From assembly GCA_963674595.2 (NCBI GenBank), contig CAXXFV010000015.1, positions 316,692-380,691 on the forward strand: a DNA stretch of 64,000 nt, written 5' to 3'. The notes beneath the pieces were generated by a model. It did not search any database. It saw nothing but the letters and a program-made list of their open reading frames with translations, and was not told the origin of the DNA. Source of the stretch: a bacterium. Lineage in GTDB: Bacteria; Zhuqueibacterota; Zhuqueibacteria; Residuimicrobiales; Krinioviventaceae. The translations under genes and the position numbers were made by a program. The number at the start of each line of letters is the position of its first letter. Within the stretch, counting starts at the first letter, position 1. Positions 27,347 to 38,047 of the stretch are shown here, piece after piece.

Positions 27347-28450
27347 TTAGACATTGTCATAGGGTAACAGTGCATCATCGCCCTGGCGGTAGAAAAACTT
27401 TTTATACCACCATTTTGATCTAAAGTTGGTAATTGTTTTACTGATCATTGATTCCAGTTGTGTATTTAACACTTCAATTTCAAAAAAGGCCAGTTTTTTT
27501 TCTTTTGAAAGCGTATTCCCGCTATAAAATGCGTACAGAGGGGGAGTCTTTGCCACGTCAACATATTTCTTTCTTAAAGAAAAAATATTGGCGCCAAAAT
27601 ATCGAAAAATATGAAAAAGGTCCTTTAATGATACGACATAATGTTCACAAGAATCACATTTTTGAATATTAATTTTTCCAATAGAATAGGATAACTTTTT
27701 GTTAACACTGCCGCATGAAAGACATTCCAGTCCGTTTTGTAAAACGGGTTCTTTATAGCCTTCGAGAAACTGTTTCAGGTTTTTTCTAAAGGGAGAAACA
27801 GCCATTGTGTAATTTAAGAAAAAAACGATATTTTGGCGTAAAATGATAAAGAAAATCAGAAAAACCAGAAACGGGAAACTATTAAATATAATCAAATCAT
27901 ACACCCCATGCAACAAACTTGCATAGAGAAAAGCTAGTAACACAAATAAATAGTTGATGTTGATTTTTTTATAATAGTAAAAAGCAATGCCCATTACTGC
28001 GCTAAACATGATATGTGCCGGTGTGGTGATGAGCAACCGGGTTAATATTAAATAATTCATGTTTTGATAAGCGATGGCATAGGTATAATTTTCAATCAAT
28101 GAAAAACCAAGAGCGACACAACTGATATATATAATGCCGTCAATGGGTTCATTCATCTCTTTTTTAATAATAAAAAAACCGGCAAACAGGGCAAACAGTT
28201 TGGCAAATTCTTCCACAGGGCCTATGATAAACAGTGCACCGAGACTGTTTTCCAAAGCGACCGGATAAACGACATTCGTAAAAGCGTAAAACAGCAATGA
28301 TGTGATAATTGATACAAATCCTCCAAACAGGCCCAGAAAAAACATTTTCCAAAACGGTTCTTTTTCATAAATGTCGAATGATCGTAATAAAGCGATTCCC
28401 AAAACACCAAAGATAAATGAGAGCAGTACAAATAGCAGTTTTATATTCAT
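27347..28450 (-). CDS. prsW: PrsW-family intramembrane metalloprotease with C-terminal Cys-pair domain
   Basis: GPVEEFAK; ALGFSLIEN; PAH; LLHGVYD; CLSC...CDSC. Confidence 0.85.
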   Translation of the reverse strand: MNIKLLFVLLSFIFGVLGIALLRSFDIYEKEPFWKMFFLGLFGGFVSIITSLLFYAFTNVVYPVALENSLGALFIIGPVEEFAKLFALFAGFFIIKKEMNEPIDGIIYISCVALGFSLIENYTYAIAYQNMNYLILTRLLITTPAHIMFSAVMGIAFYYYKKININYLFVLLAFLYASLLHGVYDLIIFNSFPFLVFLIFFIILRQNIVFFLNYTMAVSPFRKNLKQFLEGYKEPVLQNGLECLSCGSVNKKLSYSIGKINIQKCDSCEHYVVSLKDLFHIFRYFGANIFSLRKKYVDVAKTPPLYAFYSGNTLSKEKKLAFFEIEVLNTQLESMISKTITNFRSKWWYKKFFYRQGDDALLPYDNV

Positions 28451-28481
28451 TTCAGGCCTTTTAAATCAGAGGGATGTTTAA

Positions 28482-29792
28482 TTAAAATTCCAGTGAACGT
28501 TTTAAAAGAGTAACAATTTCATCTTCAACCGATTCCGTAAAAGGAGCCGGCAGGAAAAATGCTTTATGCATATCGTGCCCTTCATAGCCGCCTTGTTTTC
28601 TAATTTCTTGCGACGGAATATAGCCGTCAACCGCATTGGTGTACCCCACAGTCATGGCATATTCTGTTTTTGTGAGGCTTCTTCCTAACGGGCCATAATG
28701 ACCGCACACTTCGCCTTCCATAAAAATGATTGAAAGAGTGTCGGCAATTTTCCATGTTGTGATATTATAGGGGATTTCTTTTATATCTTTTTTCATGCTC
28801 AACATCTGCCGTGCCCAGGCAGTTTCAAAATGGTGGCGGGGACTCTGAACCGCCCAGGTTTTTATTTGTGAATCTGTCGGTTTTTGTCCCAGCGTCAGCG
28901 AGCCATTCTGTTCATTACACATTATTTCCCCGGAAAGCGAAACAAACGGTTTGTTATTAATAGCCTCAATTATTGCCTTGGCCAGTTTTTCACCGCCTTC
29001 ACAGGCCTGGTTTGGATGGGCGGCAAATTGATATTCATTTTTATCATTTATAAATGCGACTTTGGCGTCTGCACCACAACCCATAATAAACATGACCTTG
29101 TATTGCGGATGTATTCGATTGATATACCGTCGCATGTATCCGGGATAATCCGGCGACCATTTTTGCATGTCCCCACCGGATGAGGTTGGATGACAGGCAT
29201 GACCGGTTATTATGATATGTTCGGATGTATTATGTCGTTCAATAAAAATTACAGGTGTATGGGCATCATAATGACCATCCGGGTTTGGGGCAAATTCAAT
29301 TTTTCCATCTTTACCGGGTTTACGGCGGTTGACACCGATTTTAACATCCGTTGCCTGATATTGCATGCGGGCCGGACCGCTGTTATTAACAGCAGTATCA
29401 ACAGCACTCAAAATTTTATCTTCCATTTCAAAAACATACCAGGGATTTATTGCACCGCATGACAATCCAATGGAATAGAGTGTTGCCGGTCCCCAATGGG
29501 TGTGGCTTGCACAACAGACAACATGCTGTTGCGGGATGTTGTATTTTTCAGAGATGGAATATTTTAGGGCGGCTGTTGTCGTTCTGTCAAAACCGATAAT
29601 ATCCGCTGTTATCCAAATCCATTCCTGCCGGTTTTGGTCTTTTAAATATAATACCTGGGAGATGAGTGGGAGTTCGGTCCCGTTTGCAATACGATCAACA
29701 CCGTATCCGGCCATTAAAGAGTGCCCCGGTTTTGGTGTTATTTCTATTTGCCCATAACCGGCTTGCAGGTCCCATTTTCTGTTTTCGTTCAT
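28482..29792 (-). CDS. Neutral/alkaline ceramidase-like amidohydrolase
   Basis: EITP..MAGYG; ASHTHWGP; HACHPT; SPDYPG; GCGAD; GYIPS..GGYEG. Confidence 0.75.
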   Translation of the reverse strand: MNENRKWDLQAGYGQIEITPKPGHSLMAGYGVDRIANGTELPLISQVLYLKDQNRQEWIWITADIIGFDRTTTAALKYSISEKYNIPQQHVVCCASHTHWGPATLYSIGLSCGAINPWYVFEMEDKILSAVDTAVNNSGPARMQYQATDVKIGVNRRKPGKDGKIEFAPNPDGHYDAHTPVIFIERHNTSEHIIITGHACHPTSSGGDMQKWSPDYPGYMRRYINRIHPQYKVMFIMGCGADAKVAFINDKNEYQFAAHPNQACEGGEKLAKAIIEAINNKPFVSLSGEIMCNEQNGSLTLGQKPTDSQIKTWAVQSPRHHFETAWARQMLSMKKDIKEIPYNITTWKIADTLSIIFMEGEVCGHYGPLGRSLTKTEYAMTVGYTNAVDGYIPSQEIRKQGGYEGHDMHKAFFLPAPFTESVEDEIVTLLKRSLEF

Positions 29793-29814
29793 AAAAGGTT
29801 CCGTAATATATTTT

Positions 29815-30213
29815 TTATTTGGAAGAATTGCGATTTTTCATTTCAAATCCCCTCAGCACAACATAAGCAATTAATGCAAAAATGAAAAAGATGAGCAGCA
29901 TCCAGGCGATACTTTGCAGGGTTTCAATAACAGTTCGATAGACTTCCAGCGTCCAGCGTTCCGATGTTAAAATTAAAGGTGAATCATCTCTCATTCTGGA
30001 GGTAATATAACGCTCCAGTTGATGAATACGAACACCCCCTGAAATGCCCACAACATAAATTGCGAAAACGATATAACGTTTCCAGGCTGTGGCAAGTTCT
30101 TCGGAAATAATTCGATTCAATATTGCTGAAATAGAAGTGTTAAAAAGCCGGGTCACTAAAAAAGAAACAAAAATGGCGATTGAAAACGTAACAATTAGCA
30201 GGGACAGGAACAT
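29815..30213 (-). CDS. Small conserved membrane protein
   Basis: Three hydrophobic segments; co-oriented with neighbours. Confidence 0.7.
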   Translation of the reverse strand: MFLSLLIVTFSIAIFVSFLVTRLFNTSISAILNRIISEELATAWKRYIVFAIYVVGISGGVRIHQLERYITSRMRDDSPLILTSERWTLEVYRTVIETLQSIAWMLLIFFIFALIAYVVLRGFEMKNRNSSK

Positions 30214-30238
30214 GATAAATTCCTCAGTCTTGTTTTAA

Positions 30239-30943
30239 TTATTGATAATGAATGCCGGGATATAACATTTGAATGCTTATAAAATGAATGTATGGAAATA
30301 TCACACTGAATATTTTCCAGGCGATAAAGATACTCAAAAATACAAGTCCTGGATGGCTAAAAAATGATCGCAGTTTTGCAGCCGTTTCATTTTTAACAAA
30401 TAAATAAATAATTGAGCCTCCGTCAAAACCCGGAAGTGGAAATAAATTAAAAAATAATAGGATCAAATTCAACGAAAATAGTATACTCACCAGGGTGGCT
30501 AAAAATTCCCCTGTTGGGCCTGCTGAGGATTGTACAATATGAGAAAAGTTTATAAAATCCGGCGGTTGAAAGATATTGATAAATATCCCGATACGAATGG
30601 CGAGTGTTGCGGCCAGCATCAGGGCGAGATTAGCGGCTGGTCCGGCAAGCGCCATTTTTGCTGATTTTTTAGGGTGGTCCATGGCCCATTGCAGATTATA
30701 GGGCGTACTTGCCCAACCGAACATCCAACCGGAGGTGAAAAAGACAAATATCGGCACGATGACGGTGCCGAGAATTTCACGTTTAATATGGGGAATGGGA
30801 TTGAGGCTGACCTGACCATGAAGGTAAGCTGTGTTGTCACCGAGTTTTAAACCTGCCCAGGCATGGGCCGCTTCATGGCAAACCAGGCTGAATAGAAAAA
30901 TGATATACCAAATAAACCCGGAAAGTACAAGTTCTGAATTCAA
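30239..30943 (-). CDS. Site-2 protease (peptidase M50)
   Basis: HEAAH; ALAGPAAN; FNLFPLPGFDG. Confidence 0.88.
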   Translation of the reverse strand: MNSELVLSGFIWYIIFLFSLVCHEAAHAWAGLKLGDNTAYLHGQVSLNPIPHIKREILGTVIVPIFVFFTSGWMFGWASTPYNLQWAMDHPKKSAKMALAGPAANLALMLAATLAIRIGIFINIFQPPDFINFSHIVQSSAGPTGEFLATLVSILFSLNLILLFFNLFPLPGFDGGSIIYLFVKNETAAKLRSFFSHPGLVFLSIFIAWKIFSVIFPYIHFISIQMLYPGIHYQ

Positions 30944-31000
30944 TATTAGGTCCCTTTATTGATTGAAAGGATTTGAGATTTCGATTAAAGATCAGATGGA

Positions 31001-31030
31001 AAACCGGCATGCAGGATAACATGCCGGTTT
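31001..31030 (-). terminator. Terminator downstream of the Ldh_2 gene
   Basis: AAACCGGCATG...CATGCCGGTTT. Confidence 0.65.
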
Positions 31031-31036
31031 AATGTT

Positions 31037-32149
31037 TTAAAACGGTATAGGAGTTGACAAACCATAATCTGCTTTAATTGTTTTCATGGTTTTTTGCAAG
31101 GTATCATTAATTTTGACACCTTTTTCCGGTATTTCCTGTTCTTTGTCATACTCTTTTTCGCCGGCTGTATAAATACGTTCAATTCCCGGAAGTTTGGTGC
31201 ATTTTCGCATTTCGCGGGCCATATTTCCGGTAATTGTTTTGAATTCATCAATGTCGATAAAACTGGAAATGTTAATAGCCATGAAAAAATGTCCCAGTTT
31301 GTTTGGCACTTTTTTACCGTTTTCATCAAAACCGGAAAGACCCCAGCAGAATGGACCGCCGCTGAACGCAGAAGAAAGAATTTCCACCATCATGGCCAAA
31401 CCATAGCCTTTGTAGCCTGACAAATCTTCACCGGCTCCGCCAAGAGGAAGCAAAGAAGCTGCTTTTGATGCAAACATGCCTAATAATTTTGTCGGGTCTG
31501 TTACATAATTTCCATCTCTGTCCATGGCCCAACCTTCGGGCATGGTTTTGCCGATTCGGTCATAAACTTCTACTTTACCGCGCTGGGTGATGGATGTCGC
31601 CATGTCCAGCAAAAAGGGACAGGGTTCGTCAGTCGGTACACCAAAAGCGATTGGATTTGTTCCGAACATGGGGTCATTGCTGAATGTCGGTGCAATAGAG
31701 GGACGCGCATTTGTGACCGCAAATCCTGCCATGTTTTCTTTAATTGCCATTAACGGATAATATCCGCAAATACCAAAATGCGTGCTGTTGCGAACGGATA
31801 CAGCAGCAATACCTGTTTTTTTTGCTTTTTCAATCGCCAGCTTCATGGCATGGTAAGAAACAACGTGTCCCATACCAAATTTAGCATCAATCAAGGCTGT
31901 CCCCGGTGTTTCCTTGAGGATTTCATACTTTGTTACCGGGGTTTGAACGCCGTCTTTAATAAAATTTAAATACATTTGCAGCCGACCGATTCCGTGTGAT
32001 TCGATTCCTCGCAGGTCCGAACTGATGAGAACATCAACAACGATATCGGCGTCATCATTGGGTACACCGGCTTTTAATAATGACTCTTTCATAAATGTTT
32101 TTAAATTATCAACAGAAATAATTACATCAGACATCTGGGCTTTCTCCAT
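31037..32149 (-). CDS. Ldh_2 (malate/L-lactate/sulfolactate dehydrogenase) family oxidoreductase
   Basis: DLRGIESHG; RNSTHFG; GTNPIAF; LDMATS; GYKGYGL. Confidence 0.9.
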   Translation of the reverse strand: MEKAQMSDVIISVDNLKTFMKESLLKAGVPNDDADIVVDVLISSDLRGIESHGIGRLQMYLNFIKDGVQTPVTKYEILKETPGTALIDAKFGMGHVVSYHAMKLAIEKAKKTGIAAVSVRNSTHFGICGYYPLMAIKENMAGFAVTNARPSIAPTFSNDPMFGTNPIAFGVPTDEPCPFLLDMATSITQRGKVEVYDRIGKTMPEGWAMDRDGNYVTDPTKLLGMFASKAASLLPLGGAGEDLSGYKGYGLAMMVEILSSAFSGGPFCWGLSGFDENGKKVPNKLGHFFMAINISSFIDIDEFKTITGNMAREMRKCTKLPGIERIYTAGEKEYDKEQEIPEKGVKINDTLQKTMKTIKADYGLSTPIPF

Positions 32150-32193
32150 ATATAGTAAATGTTTATGTTAAATGTTTAAATTGTCTTTTGTTA

Positions 32194-35013
32194 TTACTTT
32201 TTCTTTTTTGCTTTTTCCTTTTCCTGCTGTTCCAGCCACTCCTGATATTTTGCTGCACGTTCTGTTCGTAAAATAGCAGGATTATCCAGCGGTGGGGTGT
32301 CATTAACTTTGTCCCATTTAAATTCTTTATCATAAGGGTCTAAAGCCTTTTGCGGATCAAAAAGTACCGGGTCCACCGGAAGGGCAGAGTAAGGTTCGAT
32401 ATTCAGAGGTTCATCTGTAAAACAGTCTGAAAGGTCATTTGTGCAGGCGTCATATTGATTTAATGGCGGTAAATCGAGAATTAAAAATATGGTTTTAATA
32501 ATACTGGCAATACTGGTATGGGTTTTTGAAACATATCCGGGTTTTGCATAAGGGCTGAGGACCATACAAAGACTACGGTGTGCGTCCACATGGTCAAGAC
32601 CGCCCTGAGCATCGTCTTCGGTAATAAAAATTGCCATATTTTGCCAGAATGGAGAGTTGCTGAGCATTTCAATAACCCGCCCCAATGCCAGGTCGTTATC
32701 ACTCATATAGGATTCATAAAAGGGATAGCCATCATCCGGTCTGGGACTGCTGGCATGGTCGTTCGGCAGCATCATAGTAATGACCTGAGGAAAGGGTTCC
32801 TTGCCGCTTAGCCAGCGTTGATTAAATTCTTCTTCAAACATGTCAACACGAAACTGGTCCGGTATATTTGTATTATATGTTGCAAACATACGGGAAGTAC
32901 GTTCAAAAAGAGGTCTGGGCATCGGATAATTGATAGTCATTTGAATACCGGTATATTTATGATGTTGTTCTTCATAGGAACCGGCAAACTCGAATCCCAA
33001 TCCATAGTTCCAAAAAGTTATATCGTTTCGATCAAAATGTTCCCACATACCACCGGCTTCGTTATAATCTTCCGGATAAATTGCGCCGGATGCACCGACA
33101 AATCCAAGTCTTCCTTTAGCATTAGGAGATTGTCCCCTTTTGCCACGGCCATAGTGAGCTGAAACAGATGTTTCAACCCATTCGTTCGGATAAACCCCTA
33201 CAAGCCAGCGATGGCCGTCGGCTGAATGATCGGAATCGCAATAGAAATTATCGCTAATGGTAAATCGTTTTGCTAATGCCAGGTGGTTCGGCATGGCGAC
33301 AACATTTTTTGCAACAGCGCCATTTTTTATATTTTTAAAGGTCCTTGGAACCGTATATCGGCATAATGATGAATCGCCCAGGCCGTTTTCCAACGCACCA
33401 AATACTTCATCATAGGTGCGGTTTTCTTTGGTGATATAGACAATATGTTTAATCGGACTTTTACGAATGCCATTCACAGGTGGAACAGGGTTCTTTCCTT
33501 TAATATGATTGCTGTTGACGGCAGTCATGACCACATTATTTTCAATGACTTTTTGTGTGAGTTTTTTAATTTGTTTGTCCGAAGGCATATCAATTATAGA
33601 AATAACACCTCTCATAAGATGCCCGACGTTTGAAGGATCGCCTGGTTTGTGGTTTTTACCGGCATTTGGACCAGCGCCCCAGCCTTTTGCATTGGCTATG
33701 TACAGTTTTTTACCGTCATCAGAAACAGCCAGTTTACTGGGGAACCAGCCGGTTGGAATATGGCCAATAATGTTGTGGGTTTTGGTATTGATGACAGCTA
33801 CAGCATTAATACCGGATTCCGCTACAAATAATTTTTCACCATCCGGACTTAGCGCTAAACCAAAGGGAATAACACCGCGTAAATGTTTTAACCTGTCTTG
33901 CCAGTAAAGATTAATATCTTTGATAACCGTATTGGTTTGTGCGTTAATTAATGTAATGCTGTCGTTGTTGCCGTTGCTGACATATACATATTTATCGGAA
34001 GCGACAATAGAATTGGGACTGCTGCCGCCTACTGCCGGAATATTTTCCAGTTTTTCTCCAACCAGATGGCCGGTTTTTACTTTGGCTGTTACCTTGGCTT
34101 CCAATGGATTTTCAACATTAACAGTCCAGACAGAAAAGGATTCCGGCACATTTGGATCACCGAGCCCGGGAACCTCCTTACCTTCAACCGTAGTGCCTTC
34201 GACCATTTCTTTTGTATTATAACCAAAGGCGGGGAATTTTATTGTCGTTGAATCGGGTTTGTTGCGGTCAAAACCTTTTATAAAAGAGTATTCAAACATC
34301 CCGACATTGGCTACGTAAATCTTTTTTTCATCCGGGGACAAAGCAATACCAAATGGATAACGTCCGACCGGGACATTTTTAATAACCTGTTTTTTGTTGA
34401 CATCCAGGATAATCATTCTGAAATTTGCCTGATCAACAGCGTAAATTATGCTTCCGTCCTTTGTCATAAACAGGTCGCCGATATAACCGTCCACAAAACG
34501 ACCATCGGAAAAGTCACCGTTTAAATCAATTTCTCCGATTTTTTGATCTGTATTCAAATCAAAAATCATTATAGCGCCGCCACCGCCGGAGGAGGCGTAC
34601 AGCGTTTGGTTGTCCGGGGCGATTGCCAGTCCCATAAACACCGATTCCAAAATACCGGAGCGTTCTTCGCCTTTTTCCGGAATCCGCGAGACGTTAGGTT
34701 TTTCATTCTTCAAATCGGAAATAATGGACAGGGAAAACGGGAACGTTCCACTGTTTGCCGTAACTAGTATGTTGTTATCAGGACTTAGAATCAATCCATA
34801 GGGGTGTGGTGCCACCCGGATTTGTTTGCCGATCGGGGTTACAATACGTCCGTTGGGGATGATCGCCGTGTTATCTGATTTGATTTCAGTATATTGGTCA
34901 CCCGAAGGTGCGGATAAAATATATTTTTTTTCGGGTATTAATTTTTGACAATTTATAAAAACGATTACCGTCAGGCAACCCGTTAATATTATATTTAATA
35001 ATGATTTTGTCAT
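32194..35013 (-). CDS. YncE/YVTN beta-propeller fused to an alkaline phosphatase/phosphoesterase-family domain; probable lipoprotein
   Basis: PVGRYPFGIALSPD repeats; KENRTYDEVFG; SADGH; PNDH; EDDAQGGLDHVDAHRS. Confidence 0.85.
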   Translation of the reverse strand: MTKSLLNIILTGCLTVIVFINCQKLIPEKKYILSAPSGDQYTEIKSDNTAIIPNGRIVTPIGKQIRVAPHPYGLILSPDNNILVTANSGTFPFSLSIISDLKNEKPNVSRIPEKGEERSGILESVFMGLAIAPDNQTLYASSGGGGAIMIFDLNTDQKIGEIDLNGDFSDGRFVDGYIGDLFMTKDGSIIYAVDQANFRMIILDVNKKQVIKNVPVGRYPFGIALSPDEKKIYVANVGMFEYSFIKGFDRNKPDSTTIKFPAFGYNTKEMVEGTTVEGKEVPGLGDPNVPESFSVWTVNVENPLEAKVTAKVKTGHLVGEKLENIPAVGGSSPNSIVASDKYVYVSNGNNDSITLINAQTNTVIKDINLYWQDRLKHLRGVIPFGLALSPDGEKLFVAESGINAVAVINTKTHNIIGHIPTGWFPSKLAVSDDGKKLYIANAKGWGAGPNAGKNHKPGDPSNVGHLMRGVISIIDMPSDKQIKKLTQKVIENNVVMTAVNSNHIKGKNPVPPVNGIRKSPIKHIVYITKENRTYDEVFGALENGLGDSSLCRYTVPRTFKNIKNGAVAKNVVAMPNHLALAKRFTISDNFYCDSDHSADGHRWLVGVYPNEWVETSVSAHYGRGKRGQSPNAKGRLGFVGASGAIYPEDYNEAGGMWEHFDRNDITFWNYGLGFEFAGSYEEQHHKYTGIQMTINYPMPRPLFERTSRMFATYNTNIPDQFRVDMFEEEFNQRWLSGKEPFPQVITMMLPNDHASSPRPDDGYPFYESYMSDNDLALGRVIEMLSNSPFWQNMAIFITEDDAQGGLDHVDAHRSLCMVLSPYAKPGYVSKTHTSIASIIKTIFLILDLPPLNQYDACTNDLSDCFTDEPLNIEPYSALPVDPVLFDPQKALDPYDKEFKWDKVNDTPPLDNPAILRTERAAKYQEWLEQQEKEKAKKKK

Positions 35014-35045
35014 TATGTGCTCCCATACTATTTTATAAACTGAAT

Positions 35046-35849
35046 TTAATCTAATTGTAATTTATACCGCAACTGGTCTAAATAGACGCCCTCTGTTTCA
35101 GCGCAATCATGATCTAATAACATTTTTGTTTCTACAAGTATTTCGTTTTCGTGTTCTTTAAAATCAGGATCATTGATGCTGACATCTTCATAATCATCGG
35201 CTATTTCTGTAATAAAATTTTCAGGAAAGGGTTTTGTCATCTTTTGGTTGTCAACTATAGACAAAATACGGTTTAAAATTTGAAACAACAATATTCTGCT
35301 GTTTTGCCATTTCCCTTCATTTCGCAGCAATCGTGATCGAATAAATAAAAGTTGCAGCAGTTCAACGAGTTCATCCGGATTTACTTTTTCGGTTTCAGGA
35401 TAATCAAGGATTTCTGCAACATCATTACACAGGGCTGTTTTTTCATCCATTCCTGGTGTTGTAACAAAAAAGCGACCGAGTTCCGGAAAAATTTCAATTA
35501 AATTCATCAAAATATCAACCAGTTCGTTTTTTTCCTTGAGCCGAATTGACTTTCGTAAAAGTTGATAGCTTGTGAATGTTTGAGGTTCATTTAACCAGGC
35601 CAAAAGTACTGCTGTTTGATGTTCACAGGGACTGTTGCCGGCATGACATGTACATTTGCCGAATAGTTGTTCTCCGTCAACAATCATTTCAATCCGATAG
35701 GCTGTATCGCTGCGTACCGTGGCCTGTAATCCGTAATTGGCTTGAAAACGATGTTTGACCTGTCCGTCTTGAAATAATTTTAAACCATTGCGATATTGAA
35801 CATCATTTGCAAAGGTTTTTACATCGAGTGGAGTAATACGTGATGGCAT
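35046..35849 (-). CDS. SWIM zinc-finger protein
   Basis: CTC...PCEH motif followed by a helical domain. Confidence 0.75.
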   Translation of the reverse strand: MPSRITPLDVKTFANDVQYRNGLKLFQDGQVKHRFQANYGLQATVRSDTAYRIEMIVDGEQLFGKCTCHAGNSPCEHQTAVLLAWLNEPQTFTSYQLLRKSIRLKEKNELVDILMNLIEIFPELGRFFVTTPGMDEKTALCNDVAEILDYPETEKVNPDELVELLQLLFIRSRLLRNEGKWQNSRILLFQILNRILSIVDNQKMTKPFPENFITEIADDYEDVSINDPDFKEHENEILVETKMLLDHDCAETEGVYLDQLRYKLQLD

Positions 35850-35874
35850 AGACGATACTCCGAAAATATGTAGG

Positions 35875-36678
35875 TTATATTATTTTTGCAATTATTGTGA
35901 CTAATTTTGCTAATGGAATAAAAACAAGCTGGGCTAAAACCGTTCCGGCAAAGCGGCTTGCAACCATAAGAACAACACATTTGTTAAAATATGCAGGACT
36001 ACATGTTCCTTCAAGGCAATCATCTGTCAGCAAAGAAAAAAACGGATCAATAAAAAGAACAAGCAGTACCGTTGATATACCTGTAATAATAGGGGCCAGG
36101 TTTCCTGCTGTCAGCCTTAGATTTTCGTTTATAAAAGCAGCATACATGGAAGAAAAGCTGCCGGTTGTTAATAAAGCAACAACAATAATATTAAGTAATA
36201 ACAGTTTTTTGGGAATTTTATTTAAATTTTTAAAATGTTCAATATTTTGGGAAGAAGGCGTTTTTAAATTGTTCTTTAAAAATTTTACACCAATTTTTGA
36301 AAAGCTGTGTAAAAATAATTTTGTAACAGACCTTTGCATGTTAAATTGTACAACAAGTTTTGATAATAACACCTGAAAGGTTGGAATTAAAAAAGCGCCA
36401 ATCAGGCTTCCTAAACTTGCGGCGGCAATAAGCAGGTGGAAAACAAGATCAATTTTCAAGTTTAAGGTTGTTAACAAATTGTTTTCAACAACCTTGGCTA
36501 AAAGGGGGGCTTGCAGGGAGTTTGCCGTTCTGGATGCAAGCATGAGAATGTTGAACAGTGCAAAAGAAAGTGCGATGCGTCCGGTTTTAATTCCGACAAG
36601 TCTGACGGAATAGGATAGCGTGCTGATCAGATGAATAATACATGTGAAACAGAATATAATGACCAGCCGCTCAGTCAT
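35875..36678 (-). CDS. amj: Lipid II flippase Amj family (DUF2837)
   Basis: IHLISTLSYSVRLVG; SRTANSLQAPLLAK; FIDP; SRFAGTVLAQ. Confidence 0.82.
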   Translation of the reverse strand: MTERLVIIFCFTCIIHLISTLSYSVRLVGIKTGRIALSFALFNILMLASRTANSLQAPLLAKVVENNLLTTLNLKIDLVFHLLIAAASLGSLIGAFLIPTFQVLLSKLVVQFNMQRSVTKLFLHSFSKIGVKFLKNNLKTPSSQNIEHFKNLNKIPKKLLLLNIIVVALLTTGSFSSMYAAFINENLRLTAGNLAPIITGISTVLLVLFIDPFFSLLTDDCLEGTCSPAYFNKCVVLMVASRFAGTVLAQLVFIPLAKLVTIIAKII

Positions 36679-36702
36679 AATTATGCACCGTGTTTTTAAA
36701 TA

Positions 36703-37356
36703 TTATTGGTTCTTTTTTGCTTCTTTGGCTTTTTGAACGATGGTTGAGATAACAACACTGCTTTGCGGATTGGATAAATTTTTCGGAAATTCAATATGTG
36801 AAGCTTCCAAAACAACAGATCCCTTATCATCGTGTAAAATGCCTGCAAAAGCATTGTCGGATGTTTCAATTTCTTTAAAACTGGACCAGGGTATAAATTC
36901 GTTTTTATTTAAAAATGACACCTTATCAAGGCCGATATTTTTACTTATAACTTCAATTCCGCAAAACGGTTTTACACCAACAAGACCTTTAGATGTAATT
37001 CGAAATTCAAGACCATGAATGACATTGTTGAAAAAGGAATTTATATTTCCAAAAATCAGTACGATAAAAAAGACAAAACGGGCAGCGTTTTGAGCCGTGT
37101 CCGGGTTTATTATGGGGGCTAAAACTATGGCTGTTAAAATTCCGCATACAAAGCTCCCTAAAAGCCAGGTTAGTATTTTTAACAGGAATCTGTTGACTGA
37201 TTTTGAACGCCAAATGAGCAGAGTTTCACCTGTTTCGGATTGCTTTATTTTTTTCCACATTTTCATTGAAATGATACTCCTATAAATCGCATTGAATTCC
37301 CCGTTTGCATGAGTCAGGCACAGCAAACAAATTTTAGAAATCATTTCAATATACAA
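36703..37356 (-). CDS. Hypothetical membrane protein (2 TM plus PH-like tail); true start probably downstream of 37356
   Basis: ORF with two hydrophobic segments. Confidence 0.55.
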   Translation of the reverse strand: MYIEMISKICLLCLTHANGEFNAIYRSIISMKMWKKIKQSETGETLLIWRSKSVNRFLLKILTWLLGSFVCGILTAIVLAPIINPDTAQNAARFVFFIVLIFGNINSFFNNVIHGLEFRITSKGLVGVKPFCGIEVISKNIGLDKVSFLNKNEFIPWSSFKEIETSDNAFAGILHDDKGSVVLEASHIEFPKNLSNPQSSVVISTIVQKAKEAKKNQ

Positions 37357-37430
37357 AAAAGGGGTTTACATTATCAAGGAAAATAATTGTTTGCAGAGTT
37401 GGAAAAGATTTTTGTGACACCCTTGTATTT

Positions 37431-38039
37431 TTATAGGAAGCGTATACAGGATTTAACAGCATAGATCCCGCGAATGACACAGGCTGCAACTGTTAAAAAG
37501 AGCAAAATATGAAACACGATTACCAGCCATTTTACATCATGGATGGAAAAGCTCCATATCGACAGACCCAATGTAAAAACCATGGCTTTTAGTATTGCAT
37601 AACTCGTACGACTTGGCGGTGATGCTACCAGCCACCAGCTTAGTTTCGATTTTATCATTGAAAAGGTTGTATGCCCCTGGGCAATGGCCACACTTTTAAA
37701 TCCATCGGTTAAAAATCCCCGAAGTAAAACCAAACACGCTATCCACAGAGGAATAATATGGAGATAGGCGAGAACCAGCCACAAAACGTTTTCCACGATT
37801 CTGTCGCCAACAATATCCAAAACACTTCCCAGTTGTGAGGAGCATTTTAGCTTACGGGCCAGATAGCCGTCCAGGCTGTCCATATAAAAAATGACCGGGA
37901 TAAGAGAAATTACAAGTATTCTAATCCATAAAATATCTGTTTTAATTAAAAAGACAACCAGAAAGAGGATGGCAATACGTGTAAACGTAATTATGTTTGC
38001 CGGTGTGGCAATTTTTTGTTTTGTTTTTTCGGTTTTCAT
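37431..38039 (-). CDS. CDP-alcohol phosphatidyltransferase (PgsA-like)
   Basis: ANIITFTRI; DSLDGYLAR...GSVLDIVGDR. Confidence 0.88.
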   Translation of the reverse strand: MKTEKTKQKIATPANIITFTRIAILFLVVFLIKTDILWIRILVISLIPVIFYMDSLDGYLARKLKCSSQLGSVLDIVGDRIVENVLWLVLAYLHIIPLWIACLVLLRGFLTDGFKSVAIAQGHTTFSMIKSKLSWWLVASPPSRTSYAILKAMVFTLGLSIWSFSIHDVKWLVIVFHILLFLTVAACVIRGIYAVKSCIRFL

Positions 38040-38047
38040 GCTTCCAC

